A DNA stretch of 64,000 bases from Antedon mediterranea (taxonomy: Eukaryota > Animalia > Echinodermata): assembly GCF_964355755.1 (NCBI RefSeq), contig NC_092678.1, forward strand, positions 20,973,365 through 21,037,364, given 5' to 3'. The position numbers and the translations under genes were made by a program. Below the pieces are notes generated by a model that worked only from the letters and a program-made list of their open reading frames with translations, ran no database searches and was not told where the DNA came from. Below, piece after piece: positions 39,401 through 51,000 of this stretch (position 1 is the first letter of the stretch; every line of letters starts with the position of its first letter).

Positions 39401-42400
39401 ATAAATTTGATGGAAGTGGTTTTTTTTAAATTGAAAGGATATAGTTGTGTCCGCCTCAATGTGTTATTGAACAATATTCTACAATACATTCTGAAACCAT
39501 ATTATTAGGCCTATTGTATTGTGATGGAATTATACACATATTACCTACTGACTGCGGAACTTAGTTCGTTGACCTGTAAACGTACGTTAAACCAGGGAGT
39601 TGTACAACTCCCTGGTTAAACGCAATAGGAAATCTGTAGTCAATATTATACTTTGATGATAACAATCTTATTTTAATAACAATACCAATAGGGCCTATTC
39701 ATGGTAAACATTACGTAGCAAGCATAATATTGTTGGCTAGTAGTGATAGCATAGCGTTCAAATCATAGGCCTATAGTAAATATAACTATCTAAGTAATTT
39801 CCCCCGCAATTATGAATTAGAGGGATTTGATATTAATGTTATTAATAACGCCCTGAACAATATGTATTTGTTAATAATATTGTAATTAAGCATCTATGTG
39901 CGTCATTAGAACGATTATTAATAATGGTGAGTATTGAACATACTTAAAAAATAGATTTATTTGTTTTATAAATAATAATTTACCGGGTATGTTAATAGGC
40001 CTACAAGTCTGTTATCAAAAAATAGGCCTACAGCAGGTACAGATTTTGTTTTTTAAATTAGCCATACATTTTATTTAAATAAAATCATCAAAAATCACTC
40101 TTAATGTCAATGAAAAGTGGTTGTATCTTTAAAATGTACAGTATTTACAACCGTAGTAGAATACTACTTTATTTATCAAATGTAAGCGATAGTGACTATT
40201 TCTATTTAAATTATTCTGTTTTATATATAAATATTCATGAATTAGTAATTACAAAGTTTTATTCAGTACCTGTTGTTGTACCACCATTACGAGGATCGCT
40301 TGTTTGCAGACGTGTTGCAAACATCGTTTCAGTCCTTACGCCTTGCTGCTGCAACGAACCGTCAGAATTCTGCATTTTGCGAGGATCAGACGATGAAAAC
40401 ATATCAATAAGACCGTCATCGTTTACGTCTTCCAGAGGCTCCAACTTGACATCGGTCGGTTGTAGCATTGGGGTACCTCGAAGCCTACGTAAAACGGCAC
40501 AAAACGCTGATTTTAAACCGTCGAAAACGTACTGTGTTTACACGACGTAAGCAAAATGGCGGTTATTGCTTGTTCTCGCCGTGACGTTCGTTGTTTTTCA
40601 CAAACCGGATAAGGGAATGACGCTACGTCATATGCAAATGAGGTACAATGTGAAACGTAAACGGTGCGAAGCGTGACTCTATAGACACGTGACCATTTGA
40701 ACAGACGAGAGGTCGATCGTTTGTGTGTGTAATGATGCGTGAATTTGATTGGATAGGGATTTGCATTGTGTACAATAGGCATATTACATACAATACTGTT
40801 ACTGTATCAGGAACAGAGTGCGTAATCTGGGCCTAACATTACTCTAACCACTTTTAATCGTTTGATGCTTTGCTATTCAGACAATGAGCTAATATTTAAA
40901 ATGTCATCCCTTTCTATCCTATTTGTTTATTATGACCTATCCATAGCTTTACTGTATTGTATAAATGAAATAAAACATTGTAACGTTTGATTATAACAGT
41001 ATAACAATAATGTATGTTCATTGATTGAATAAAGTTGATTTGGATTGAAATTGTAAGCGCCGTAGTAATTCGTATATTTTATTACTGTCGGATTTACTTT
41101 GCCTACTTTTGTTATTTTTATAATATATTTGGGCAATTTATTCTTAAAATATATAAGCAATAATGGCAATTTATTTTCTTTATCATCATTTTCTCCGACA
41201 ATTCTTATAATGAATACAAAATTGTTCAAGCGCAGCTAGCAACCGATCAATTCGTTTACTAGTTTGACAATTAAGGTAAAATAGGCTTGTTTTACTGTTT
41301 TTAACCTGAACTCATGTGTTTATATAAATGTTAGTATTTTTGTTTAAATGTTCGTATGTTTAATTTGGCTTTGCATAGGTGGTAGGTGGGAAATACAATC
41401 TTTTTTATGTGTCTTTTTTGTTGTTTCCTTGTGTTCAGGCTTTTCCTTTGTTGTTGTGCGTACTTCTAAATATTGCATTTGTTTTTTATGTGATTATGAT
41501 GGAAATAAAAATTGATTGATGTCTTAGATTAAAGTTGTATTGTCCGCCTGAAAAAATAATTTTTTTGTTGAAATGCCATTTTAATATCAATATGAATGTT
41601 AGTCTTTTTGTTTAAGTGTTCATTAAGTTGCTTATTTCACCTTTGCATGGTGGCTAGGAAATACAACCTTGTCTTTTTTTGTTTTTTTTTAAATACATTT
41701 CCGTAGAATGTATCTTAGATCTTTACCATACGACCAACAAAAACTTGGGTAAAATGTATATAATACCGTATCCCTATATATAAATATATATATTTTAGGC
41801 AGCGCAATCGGAGCAACTCCAACCAGAAGACGCCAAAGTCGGTGACAAGGGGAAACGAAAGAAGCAAAACAAAGATGTGAAAGTCGATGCAAAGGCGAGG
41901 AATGCACAGAAGGTTTTACGAGGTTCGCGTCCCATACCAAACTTGATCTACTCCATAGAGCAGTACGAACGAATCTTGATCAAACTTGGAAAGAAGGCTA
42001 AGGTAGGCCTACAGTAGACACCGTTAGTAACATTGGGCCTAATTATTTTCATGTTGACGACGACCTGACACCAACATAAGCCTACAAAGCCGCCGGAACG
42101 CTCCGATACCCTCCTGCGTATGATTCAAAACGCCGCGATACCCTCCTGCGTATGATTCAAAACGCCGCAAAAGCCTGCGTATGATTTAAACGCCGCGATT
42201 CACTGAGTATGATACGCTAACTTCCGTTGATTACCGTATATTTTTCTCCAATTTCTTGTTAGATAAACCTGATGGAGCATGTAAAACTAAGCACATCACG
42301 TGATTTCCGGATCAATTTTGCCGTAGTGGAGGCTTCGTTGGACGACCCGGATGTAGAAGAGGTATCTTTCACCGATTGTCATACAGTTTAATTGTGTCAA

Positions 42401-42567
42401 AAAGAGTTTGTTAAAAAAAGTTGTTAAAATTCAAAGAAATATAGGCTAAATTGGTTTTGTTCTTTTTTTAGCAGACTTCCGATGACAACACTAGCATTGG
42501 AGAAGAGGAAACACCAATGAAAAAAACAAAACTAAGTAGAGGAACGAAAAAGAAAGGGAAAAACTAA
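18458..42567 (+). CDS. FANCI: Fanconi anemia group I protein, ~1339 aa, 32 coding exons
   Basis: Motifs [39 protein letters not shown] (ubiquitinated-Lys region), SQ cluster [61 protein letters not shown]. Exons: 18458-18544, 18671-18877, 19172-19257, 20674-20799, 20905-20946, 21097-21220, 21706-21797, 22160-22277, 22657-22749, 23096-23174, 23504-23561, 23799-23902, 24682-24843, 25163-25364, 25586-25703, 26443-26565, 26668-26838, 26989-27168, 27587-27708, 28083-28238, 28357-28536, 28795-28849, 29078-29248, 29776-29892, 30318-30369, 30622-30818, 31114-31213, 32461-32642, 34647-34763, 41799-42002, 42263-42361, 42472-42567. Confidence 0.96.
19265..20576. repeat. Minisatellite, 85-bp unit, ~15 copies, in FANCI coding intron 3
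   Basis: TAGAGGTAAC recurs at 19371, 19456, 19541 ... 20391, 20480, 20565. Each unit has a CATAGTG(C/T)ACTATG palindrome. Confidence 0.97.
21305..21592. mobile_element. MITE with ~55-bp TIR and TTA flanks
   Basis: TGCACTTGTCAATTGTATGACCCA... / ...TGGGTCATACAATTGACAAGTGCA. Confidence 0.75.
21848..22015. mobile_element. Harbinger-like MITE family A
   Basis: TIR AGCTCTGTCTACACTATCAAAC, TAA/TTA flanks, internal AAATATGGTAGTGATATGCCC repeats. Other copies at 24868-25016, ~27778-27929, ~30413-30530, 33749-34592, 35767-35927, ~58900-59059, 62735-62869. Confidence 0.85.
22490..22580. repeat. 17-bp tandem repeat (CCCCAGAGCATGAGCAG) x~5 within a small dispersed repeat
   Basis: Direct inspection; a reverse-strand single-unit relative lies at ~27953-27993. 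Confidence 0.8.
25760..26288 (-). mobile_element. tRNA-derived SINE, interrupted by a LINE-like 3' fragment (~25990-26210)
   Basis: Minus-strand head AGTGGCCGAGCAGCTAAGAG (A-box-like) and core GTTCTGGT..CTCGGATAAGGACTATAAACC..GGTCCAGTGTACAC. Related copies at ~10993-11050 (+), ~32070-32326 (-), ~62500-62640 (-). Confidence 0.6.
28585..28726. repeat. 20-bp minisatellite (TTGATCCAGTTTCATTGAGA) x~7
   Basis: Direct inspection. Confidence 0.9.
29346..29673 (+). mobile_element. Penelope-like solo pseudo-LTR insertion with 15-bp TSD in a FANCI intron
   Basis: TATATATAGGTTGTT at 29331-29345 and 29674-29688; pyrimidine-rich body; contains a hammerhead motif. Confidence 0.7.
29512..29553 (+). ncRNA. 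Minimal type I hammerhead ribozyme (Penelope-type)
   Basis: TTGCA-CTGATGA-A-GGGC-TAGTGTT-GCCC-GAAA-GC-TC-TGCTAA: intact core, 4-bp stem II, palindromic AGCT stem III, short stem I GCA/TGC. Confidence 0.72.
31053..31082. mobile_element. 30-bp CA..TG palindrome with perfect 7-bp TSD (P-like footprint)
   Basis: ATATATT|CATGGAGCTATAACACTTTATAGCTCCATG|ATATATT. Confidence 0.65.
32650..32975. mobile_element. Degenerate Tc1/mariner (pogo-like) MITE
   Basis: TA|CAGTGAATCCCC..GGGACAC end and repeated CTAATCAGGGGACA. Relatives at ~27175-27325 and ~42640-42845. Confidence 0.5.
33903..34534. mobile_element. TIR element with 9-bp TSD (Mutator-like) inserted in a family A MITE
   Basis: ~120-bp TIR (C)TACAGGGTTGGGTAGG..GGCCAGCGGGCGTCC; TSD TAAATATGG at 33894-33902 and 34535-34543. 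Confidence 0.8.
35333..35640. mobile_element. Palindromic non-autonomous element (possibly Crypton-like)
   Basis: ~80-bp arms around GAGGCAAAGCCGAG (35411-35424); partial relative at ~45060-45375. Confidence 0.5.
36585..40468 (-). CDS. PiggyBac transposable element-derived protein (PGBD4-like fold), spliced, catalytically degenerate, ~737 aa, nested antisense in FANCI intron 34764-41798
   Basis: Exons 40468-40270, 38941-38873, 38530-36585 (phase 1/1, total 2214 nt). Motifs [49 protein letters not shown]; C-terminal [20 protein letters not shown]. Confidence 0.88.
39593..39614. mobile_element. 22-bp perfect palindrome with perfect 7-bp TSD (P-like footprint)
   Basis: GTTAAAC|CAGGGAGTTGTACAACTCCCTG|GTTAAAC. 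Confidence 0.65.
40470..40760 (-). promoter_or_regulatory. Candidate promoter of the nested PGBD gene
   Basis: CpG-rich patch with YY1-like AAAATGGCGG (~40553), TGACG/CGTCA half-sites (~40618-40630), octamer ATGCAAAT (~40632), CACGTG (~40686), CCAAT on the minus strand (~40748). Confidence 0.5.
42105..42215. repeat. ~31-bp tandem repeat (CTGCGTATGATTCAAAACGCCGCGATACCCT) x3-4
   Basis: Direct inspection. Confidence 0.7.
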
Positions 42568-43304
42568 ACATAACTATTTTAGTACGTTGCTGGTATTTAG
42601 TTATTTTGAGCCAAGGAAAACGGTAAGATCGCCGAAATAGAGCCCCTAATATTGGGACACCTTCGAAAATGTCCTTTGAATATCCGTTGATTGTAGTGTG
42701 AAGACATTGTTTGACAGAAAAATGTCCACTGAGTAGGTGTTGGGCGAAGTAGTGTATACAGTATATACAAAACATTAGCACACGTCCGTTTCACGGGGAA
42801 AAAGTGTCCCCTTGATAGAGGTGTCCAAAAAGAAGGATTCTACTGGCACATAACGTTTTCAGAGGAAATCGAAAGGAAGTATACATTTTAAAAAGCTACG
42901 TAAGGAAGTACGGTGCCTCCTATATCAGGATGTTTTGATATTCCGCCTTGTTTTAGGGAGAAGAGAGGAAGAAAAACTTGTAAATATATATTCTGTCGAC
43001 ACCTTGTCTTAATATAGTTAGTCTTACCAATCATTATTAGTGTTAACAATTTATATTTTAAATATATTCACGCTGTATATAAAATATGTATTTACTATAG
43101 ACAGTATCAATGGTAACCGAACGTCTTTAATATGCTGCATGCTAACTAAATGGTCAAAATGTTTATTGCGCATGCTCAATGAATAAAATACGTTACGATT
43201 TATAAAACCTAACAAAATGATTAACATTTTAATGTTATGATTGTTTTTGGTATTAATTGATTATAAATATTATAAAATAGTTTTCGTTAAATCTGTTTTA
43301 GAAT

Positions 43305-43523
43305 CAGTTCAGTTCAGTCTTCTAACCCTTGATGGTTCAGGCACCACTGCTGACTTTTGGACAATCCTCCTCCATCGTTCCCTGCCCTCTGTAGCTCGTT
43401 GTGAGTCAATAAAGGTCAAATATGTCCATTCCTTGATGTTGTCTTCCCACCTCTTTCTCTGTCTGCCTCTCCTTCTCCCTGCTGTTACGGTACTCTGTAG
43501 GCCAGCCCACTGGATCTCGAATT
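43305..43523 (-). mobile_element. 5'-truncated RTE-clade (BovB-like) LINE
   Basis: Encodes GRRRGRQRKRWEDNIKEWT..SQRA...W; (CTGAA)n tail; 13-bp TSD TCTGTTTTAGAAT at 43292-43304 and 43524-43536. Confidence 0.88.
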
Positions 43524-46039
43524 TCTGTTTTAGAATATGTACTACTAAATAGTAATTCAAGGTAAACTGGAACCTATGTAGGCCTATTGAAGTTTTTTAA
43601 ATACTGTACTGTAAATAATGATGTCCATTCGGCCTAAACCAGCCTAGCTCCCCACCCCACCCACTCCAAGCATAGCATCAATTAGAAGAAAAAAAAATTC
43701 CACCGGCAATATCTATAGGCCCATATTTCGAGTTTCTTAGACCTATAGGCCTAGTATTTTAATTTCGAACCGTAGAATGTAGGTACGCTACACACACGGT
43801 ATCAATTTCAGAAACTATTAATTCTATATCTAATCTGGTCAATTATACATGAATTATGCAAATTTGAAAATATTAAAATCTTTAAAAAATAATTAAACTG
43901 CACTGACAAAGCGGTCTTGGTTGATTAATGCATTCATACGAATTATTAGATTCTGTGATCGTTATATGAAGCAATTTAATTGAAACATTAATAGTCACTG
44001 CACCGGAAATGATCACATTTGCGTCGTAGTAATTACTTGTTTCAGAGCGATCATTCTTCGCCTGTGACTTGGAAGAATCACAAAACCTTACGCGTACAAA
44101 TCTTTACGCGCGTGTACAAATTATGGTGATTAAACGGTTTTGTACGCCGCGTTTTTTTTTATCGACGATTCAACTATGCGCTTTTTAAAAAAGTATAATA
44201 AGTAGCCTAATTTGAATCGTTAGAATATGATTCAACGTTTCGTTTATATCATCAATGTAATCGGCTCGGTTTTCGGATCTTCTGTTTTCGATATCATAAT
44301 ATTCTCGGATTTCAGCTCTACTTTCGTTTTTTCTCGTCTTGGTTTTCGACTCGGCTATTCTGTTTTCGACTTTTCGGCTCTTCTCGTTTTTCGATTCTTC
44401 TCGGTTTCTGCTCTTCCGTGTTTCGGTATCTTATTTTCTGGGTTTTTTTTATTCTTCTCTTCTGCTCTCTACCTACCCATAGCTTTTTCTTATTGGTGAT
44501 GACGTCTAGTGAGGTTTTAGTTTTTTTCAACGCAACAGACTAATTTTGCTACTCCGTAACTTAGTTTAGATGCGTAACAATAGAGTGCGTCAGTATGCTA
44601 CCATTTAATAACGTTAACTCATCAGATCACTTACTCCCAAATTAGATAAGGAAGCAGGTTGGCTTTCAAAGCCATTGTCAACGTACGTTCGCATGTAAGT
44701 AATTTTCCCTCAGCCTAACAAACTTTGCAATCAATACCGCCTAATAAGATTTTCCATCTGATGTCGTAATCCCATTTACCCACTTGTGCGTCGAAAAACG
44801 GAAAGCAGGTCAATCAATTATATTGAAAGTCTTAGGCTTTGCAGTAATTCGTAATTATGCTAGAGTTTATTTAGCAGCAAGTACTGTCGTACGATATACG
44901 CAAAAGCTATTATTAATGTACTCGGCATTGTCAGTGTGTATGTAATTCTATAGGCCCATATGTATCGAATTTAGAAAAAACATAAGAAAAGATCAGTTTC
45001 GTAATCAAATTAAATAGGTCAGACAGAGGCTTTGAACGAATGGCAATTTTCCCCCGATTCGAAGAATACAAAACATTCATTATTTGTTAATAACACACCT
45101 AATGCTATATTATATTATAAAGTTGATCCTGCAATTCCATCTTAATCGAATTTCGAAGGCTAGACCATGTAAAAGACAGCGCTCGTGTTTTGGCCGTGCG
45201 GAGTAGATTAGTTAAAGATGGCGCACACTTATTTGCCAGCCTACCGCGTCGCATAAAATTCTCCAGATGGAAAAAATGACCATTCGAAACGTTATACGAA
45301 ATCAACCAATCAAATGGAAGGAACGTACTAAATCAACCAATCAAATGGAAGGAACGTACTAAATCAACCAATCAATGATCTCATGATACGTACTTAAATA
45401 CAAACAGTAATACACTATAAGTACTTTATTAATGTACACTATTATTAGTACACGATACAAAAACATGTATATACCTATCACTGATGGTAATAACATTCAG
45501 GGAAGAGTGGAGACTATAACTTCACTCTTCCCTCGATTACTTTAAAAAAGAATAAAGTTCATATTTAAAAAATCTTCGATAATTATATTAGTATTACATA
45601 ATGTCGCTAAAACATCTCGGTTCGTGGAGAAATAATTATTTACCTAATATTTCTTCATGATTGACAAAAACGGTGTCCATCATTTTATAAACAGGCTACA
45701 GTAGTTTTGACCACCCCGTTTGACCCAATCGCTAACACAGATAGTAGGCCTAAGATTGGAAAACCGATGTCACGGAACAGTGAATCGCGCTCGCTAAAAC
45801 TCTATTCTTTAAGATAAAGAATTTTATTATCATAATCATAATAATTTTAAAATCAGGAGTTTGATTAATTTTAGGCTATATAACCCAAGACGGTGTACGC
45901 TTTGCCTGAATTCAGTATGGTCATTCACTTGTACCCGCAAGTAAAATGTATACGTACTCTTTTAATGTAGGCCTAACAGATTGAAAATTCACGATCTTTT
46001 ACAGTGAATTGTCACTCTTTTGGTGATTGTGCCCGAGGA

Positions 46040-46206
46040 ACACTCTTAACAGAGTGAAAGTCACCCTTAACAAAGTGAAATTCACTCTTGATAGAGTGAA
46101 AGTTACTCTTAATAAAGTGAAGGTCACTCTTAACAGAGTAAAATTCACTCCTGACAGAGTGAGTGAAATTCACTCTTGATACATATTTCCACTCCTATAG
46201 AGTGAA
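46040..46206. repeat. 21-bp tandem repeat (CACTCTTAACAGAGTGAAATT) x~8
   Basis: Direct inspection; each unit is internally palindromic (CACTC..GAGTG). Confidence 0.8.
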
Positions 46207-46643
46207 CTAATTTAAGCGATTACATAATTTCGGACGAGTTTAAAATATTTTACCATCGAGAGCCATTTTCATTCGTTTACAGTAAGAATGTATAGTCTAT
46301 ACTATTTTCACAAAACTAGCTAATCACAGCTTAGTATAGTATCACGTGTTTAGATTTCTAAATATTTACTATATATACAGTTATGACGTGTCATTTTTTG
46401 TATATACATATAGCTTGATATGTTTGTATATTAACTGTAACAAAGTAAACAAAATATACGTTACTATATAAAAACATATATTAAACATAAATTGTGACAA
46501 TATACATTATGATATAATATAATCATTAACCCGTACATTGTTTGTTTATAAGCCAATTGACCGTGTGAATCCGGTCTTGGGCGGTTAAGTAGGAAATTTG
46601 TTCTTAAATAAGCTGTAGACTATAGATTTATTTAGAATATAAC

Positions 46644-46790
46644 CAGGGAAGAGTTAAATTACTAGTTATTACTAAAGTATTAGTAATTGAAGTTAGTTTA
46701 TTTACAAAACAATAGAGAACAATAGCGATTTAATTGGATTAACACGCATCAACGGCTCGTGAGTTTTCTATGTAATTTAACTCTTCCCTG
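46644..46790. mobile_element. 147-bp non-autonomous element with CA..TG ends and 7-bp TSD (P-superfamily-like)
   Basis: 19-bp TIR CAGGGAAGAGTTAAATTAC; TSD ATATAAC on both sides. Confidence 0.75.
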
Positions 46791-47039
46791 ATATAACCTA
46801 CTGTACATGAAAATGAAATTCAGCGAAATACAGGTAGGCTATACCCAAAGCAGTTGTCTTAACCGTAGTGACCCTGGATGCTGCAGGATTTCATCCCTCT
46901 TTTGAGATAATATTTCCATTACTATACCCACGCCCTCTTTGGTTTGCCAAGCAGCCTTGGTGCGCACGTACGCATTTTCACAGTACGCCTGCGTAAAGTG
47001 TGTAAAGCGTCAGAAATAGCGGTTTAAATATATTTAAAT

Positions 47040-47457
47040 ATAATATAACTACTAAACCTACTAAAAACATTGATATTGGTTGTAATCAATTTAACTGCAT
47101 GTCATAAAAGATCTCCATAATTATTTACAAAGTTACACACTCTAATATTCTAAGAAAAAAAAAATATTAAAAGAAATATTATTATTGGTCACGTTTTTCA
47201 AAAACATATAAAATATTAAAAATTTACATAATTTACAATTAGAAAATATAATATAACTACTAAACCTACTAAAAACATCGATATTGGTTGTAATTAATTT
47301 TAACTTCATGTCATAAAAGATCTCCATAATTATTTACAAAGTTACACACTCTAATATTCTAAGAAAAAAAAATATTAAAAGAAATATTATTATTGGTCAC
47401 GTTTTTCAAAAACATATAAAATATTAACAATTTACATAATTTACAATTAGAAAATAC
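47040..47457. repeat. Recent tandem duplication, ~208-bp unit x2
   Basis: ATAACTACTAAACCTACT at 47045 and 47253; the copies are near-identical. Confidence 0.92.
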
Positions 47458-47484
47458 TTTGACGTCATCTAAGACATGGCATTA

Positions 47485-47690
47485 GAGCCAACTCAGACAG
47501 CATCGTACAACGAGGCCCGACCAAACGTCTTGACTCGTCGGTGCTGTTTGAGTTGAATCCTGACGAGACAAGTCGTTTGAGATAGCGTCGGGCGTAGTTT
47601 TTAGGTCGTCGGGAGAACTTTAAACACGTATAAATTTCTCCCGAAGAGACGACTCGTCGGGTCGGCCTCGTCGTACGACGTTGTCTGGCT
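47485..47690. mobile_element. Degenerate MITE
   Basis: CAGACAGCATCGTACAACGAGGCC(C)GACC vs GGTCGGCCTCGTCGTACGACGTTGTCTG. Confidence 0.5.
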
Positions 47691-48072
47691 TTTATACGTA
47701 CTTTTGTACGTATAGCCGATTGTTGTCGGTACTGTGTACATTTACCGTAAACAAATACTGTGATACAGCGTCATATATAATTGTATAACAGTAGGCCTAT
47801 GTGCCACATGTAATACATAATGTGACCCTAAATAATTTGCCTATATGATACTTGACAATAATGTGTTTTGTATCGGACACCGATCCCGTATATTATGATG
47901 TTGGCCCAGGCGGTTCTTGAACAGTAGGCCTACATCTTCAATAGGTGGTGATACAGTACTTTCTTCTTGAGAGAAAAGCTGGTTAAGTACCGATTGTCAT
48001 ATTATGGATGCGCAGCCTATCATCGTCCAGCCTCGTCTTTAACATCAACATGCGTACCAGGAACTGTTATAT

Positions 48073-51000
48073 TAGACAAGTTCTATTTCCTCTGAAATAT
48101 GATGTAAGAAGCATTTTTGGGTAGAAGCTGGGATCCACTTGATTTAGGATATTTCGACCTCGCTGATTACGAATATGGCGGATCCCAAGCGAAATTCGGC
48201 CATCTAAGCCCTTAATTTGCATAATTAAAAATGGCGGCCATTTTTTATAATTACCCTATATCTCGAGAACCACTAGTCACAGATAATTAATTTTGGTGTC
48301 AAAATGTTTTAAATATATGTTTTTATATTCACTTTAATGACACATTTTCTCAAAAAATGGATGCAAGTCTTATTTCTGACATTTTGACCTTTGACCTTGA
48401 TTTATCGTATCTCAGTAACCAATAATCGGAGAGACACGAAATAGGGCTCAAATTGTTCAGAAACTATACATTCTTATTTATTATAATGAAATGTTTTTAC
48501 AAAAAATGGCCGATTCTACAACTATTGACCTTTGAACTATTAGTCAAATATAATAATATAATAATAATATAACTTTGAAAATTGTGGTCTTATGAATTTT
48601 TTTTTCTTTTTAAATTGTTTAAAACATGTGTGTTTCTATACAGTCTAATGGCACATTTTGTACAAGAATGGCCGATAGTATGGTTATTGACCTTTAAACT
48701 ACAGCATAGGCCTACTGTATACTGAATATAATATAATTGCATAACTATGAAATTATTTATACTCAATAATAATTAGTAAAATTATAAAATTCACTGCCAT
48801 CAAATATGATGTGTTATGATTTATATAGATTAAAAAAAAATTGAACACGCAAGTTACATTTGTTGAAATTTGAAATTACCTGCCATCAATATGATGGAGT
48901 ATGATTATAGATTTTTAAAAATGTGAACATGTCAGCTACATTTGGAAATTACCTGCCATCAATATGATGGATTATGATTATAGATTTAAAAAAGAATTTG
49001 AACACATAAGCTACATTTGAAAATTACCTGCCATCAATATGATGGATTATGATTATAGATTTAAAAAAGGATTTGAACACGTCAGCTACATTTGGAAATT
49101 ACCTGCCATCAATATGATGGATTATGATTGTATAGTACCTGCCATCAATATGATGGATTATGATTGTATAGGTTTGAAAGAAAAGTGAACACGTAAGCTA
49201 CATTTGGAATGAACATGTTAAGGGCATCAGTTTTGATCATTCATGCAAAGGTTTCCGTCATCTTTAGCGTTGTTACAGTAGCATATTAAAGCTGTACATG
49301 GTAGTTTTGACTTTTTGCACCTACATCTATATGGTTATGCATCGTGTCTTGCATCAACAATAAATCATCTCTAACGAAGCAGTAGGAATAGCTCCATTTT
49401 TCAGAAGCACTGGTTGAAGTTTACCATTAGATAGCTCCCAACCAAAATATGTTGGTGATGGCAAATGCTGGATTGGCGATACAGCTTTTTTCAATACGAG
49501 TGCTTGGAAGTGTGCTCTTTTTATATGCTGGTGCACTGCATCGCTTGTTGGAGATAATGCCTCTGGTTTTTTGTTTTTTTTAACATGGCATGCCTAACTT
49601 AAAACTGTCGATAAAGGACACCACCAGACAAAGATGAACCAAAACACAGAGACCAATTCGTCGAATTATAGAAAGTGGTGAAATACCGCTGCCAAATTGC
49701 TGGTCAAACTTGTTGGCATTACAAGATAATAATGCAGATCTGACACGATTTCTATCAGAGGAGTTGATTCGTCAAGCTCCTGTAGACAAAGAAATTGTCA
49801 CAGCTGGTGGATTTATGAAAGAATCAGTTGTTAAATCATCAAAATTGTACACGAATACGTTGTCTCTGGTCAGACCATGAAGAATAGGACACGAGACTTG
49901 TCATGCTGCCAATGTCCGATACGACACAGTTGTAGTTGCTTCTAGGGATACAGACGTACGTACTAGTGATTCTAGTGTCTAACTACCAAAGCATGGTATC
50001 CAAATGGATGATGATAGGGACATCCAAAAAAAGAAAGTATCTATAAAAGACATTTTTCAAGCCTTGCCCGAGGGTTCTGCAAAAGCAAGCGATGCAGTAC
50101 ACCAACATATAAAAAGAGCACACTTCCAAGCACTCGTATGGAAAAAAGCTGTATCGCCAATCCAGCATTTGCCATCACCAACATATTTTGGTTGGGAGCT
50201 ATCTAATGGTAAACTTCAACCAGTGCTTCTGAAAAATGAAGCTATTCCTACTGCTTCGTTAGAGATGATTTATTGTGGATGCAAGACACGATACATAACC
50301 AATAAATGTAGGTGCAAGAAGTCAAAACTACCATGTACAGCTTTATGCCGCTGTAACAACGCTAAAGATGACGGAAACCTTTGCATGAATGATCTTAACT
50401 GATGCCCTTAACATGTTCATTCCAAATGTAGCTTACGTACGTGTTCACATTTTCTTTTAAATCTATACAATCATAATCCATCATATTGATGGCAAGTAAT
50501 TTTCAAATGTAGCTTACGTGTTCAAATTCTTTTTTAAATCTATAATCATAATCCATCATATTGATGGCAGGTACTATACAATCATAATCCATCATATTGA
50601 TGGCAGGTAATTTCCAAATTTCCAAATGTAGCTGACGTGTTCAAATTCTTTTTTAAATCTATAATCATAATCCATCATATTGATGGCAGGTAATTTTCAA
50701 ATGTAGCTTACGTGTTCAAATTCTTTTTAAAATCTATAATCATAATCCATCATATTGATGGCAGGTAATTTCCCAATTTCCAAATGTAGCTGACGTGTTC
50801 AAATTCTTTTTTAATTCTATAATCATAATCCATCATATTGATGGCAGGTAATTTCCAAATGTAGCTGACATGTTCACATTTTAGAAAATCTATAAGCACA
50901 CTCCATCATATTGATGGCAGGTAATTTCAAATTTCAAATTTCAAAAAATGTAACTTGCGTATTCAAATTCCTTTTTAAATCTATATAAATAATAACACAT

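Noticed and set aside
34764-41798. FANCI-PGBD fusion protein analogous to CSB-PGBD3
   Set aside because: The PGBD ORF is on the opposite strand to FANCI, so it cannot be spliced into the FANCI mRNA as coding sequence.
44227-44530. Phe/Ser-rich and Lys/Arg-rich ORFs on opposite strands
   Set aside because: The sequence is low-complexity TTTTCG-type, with no splice or motif support.
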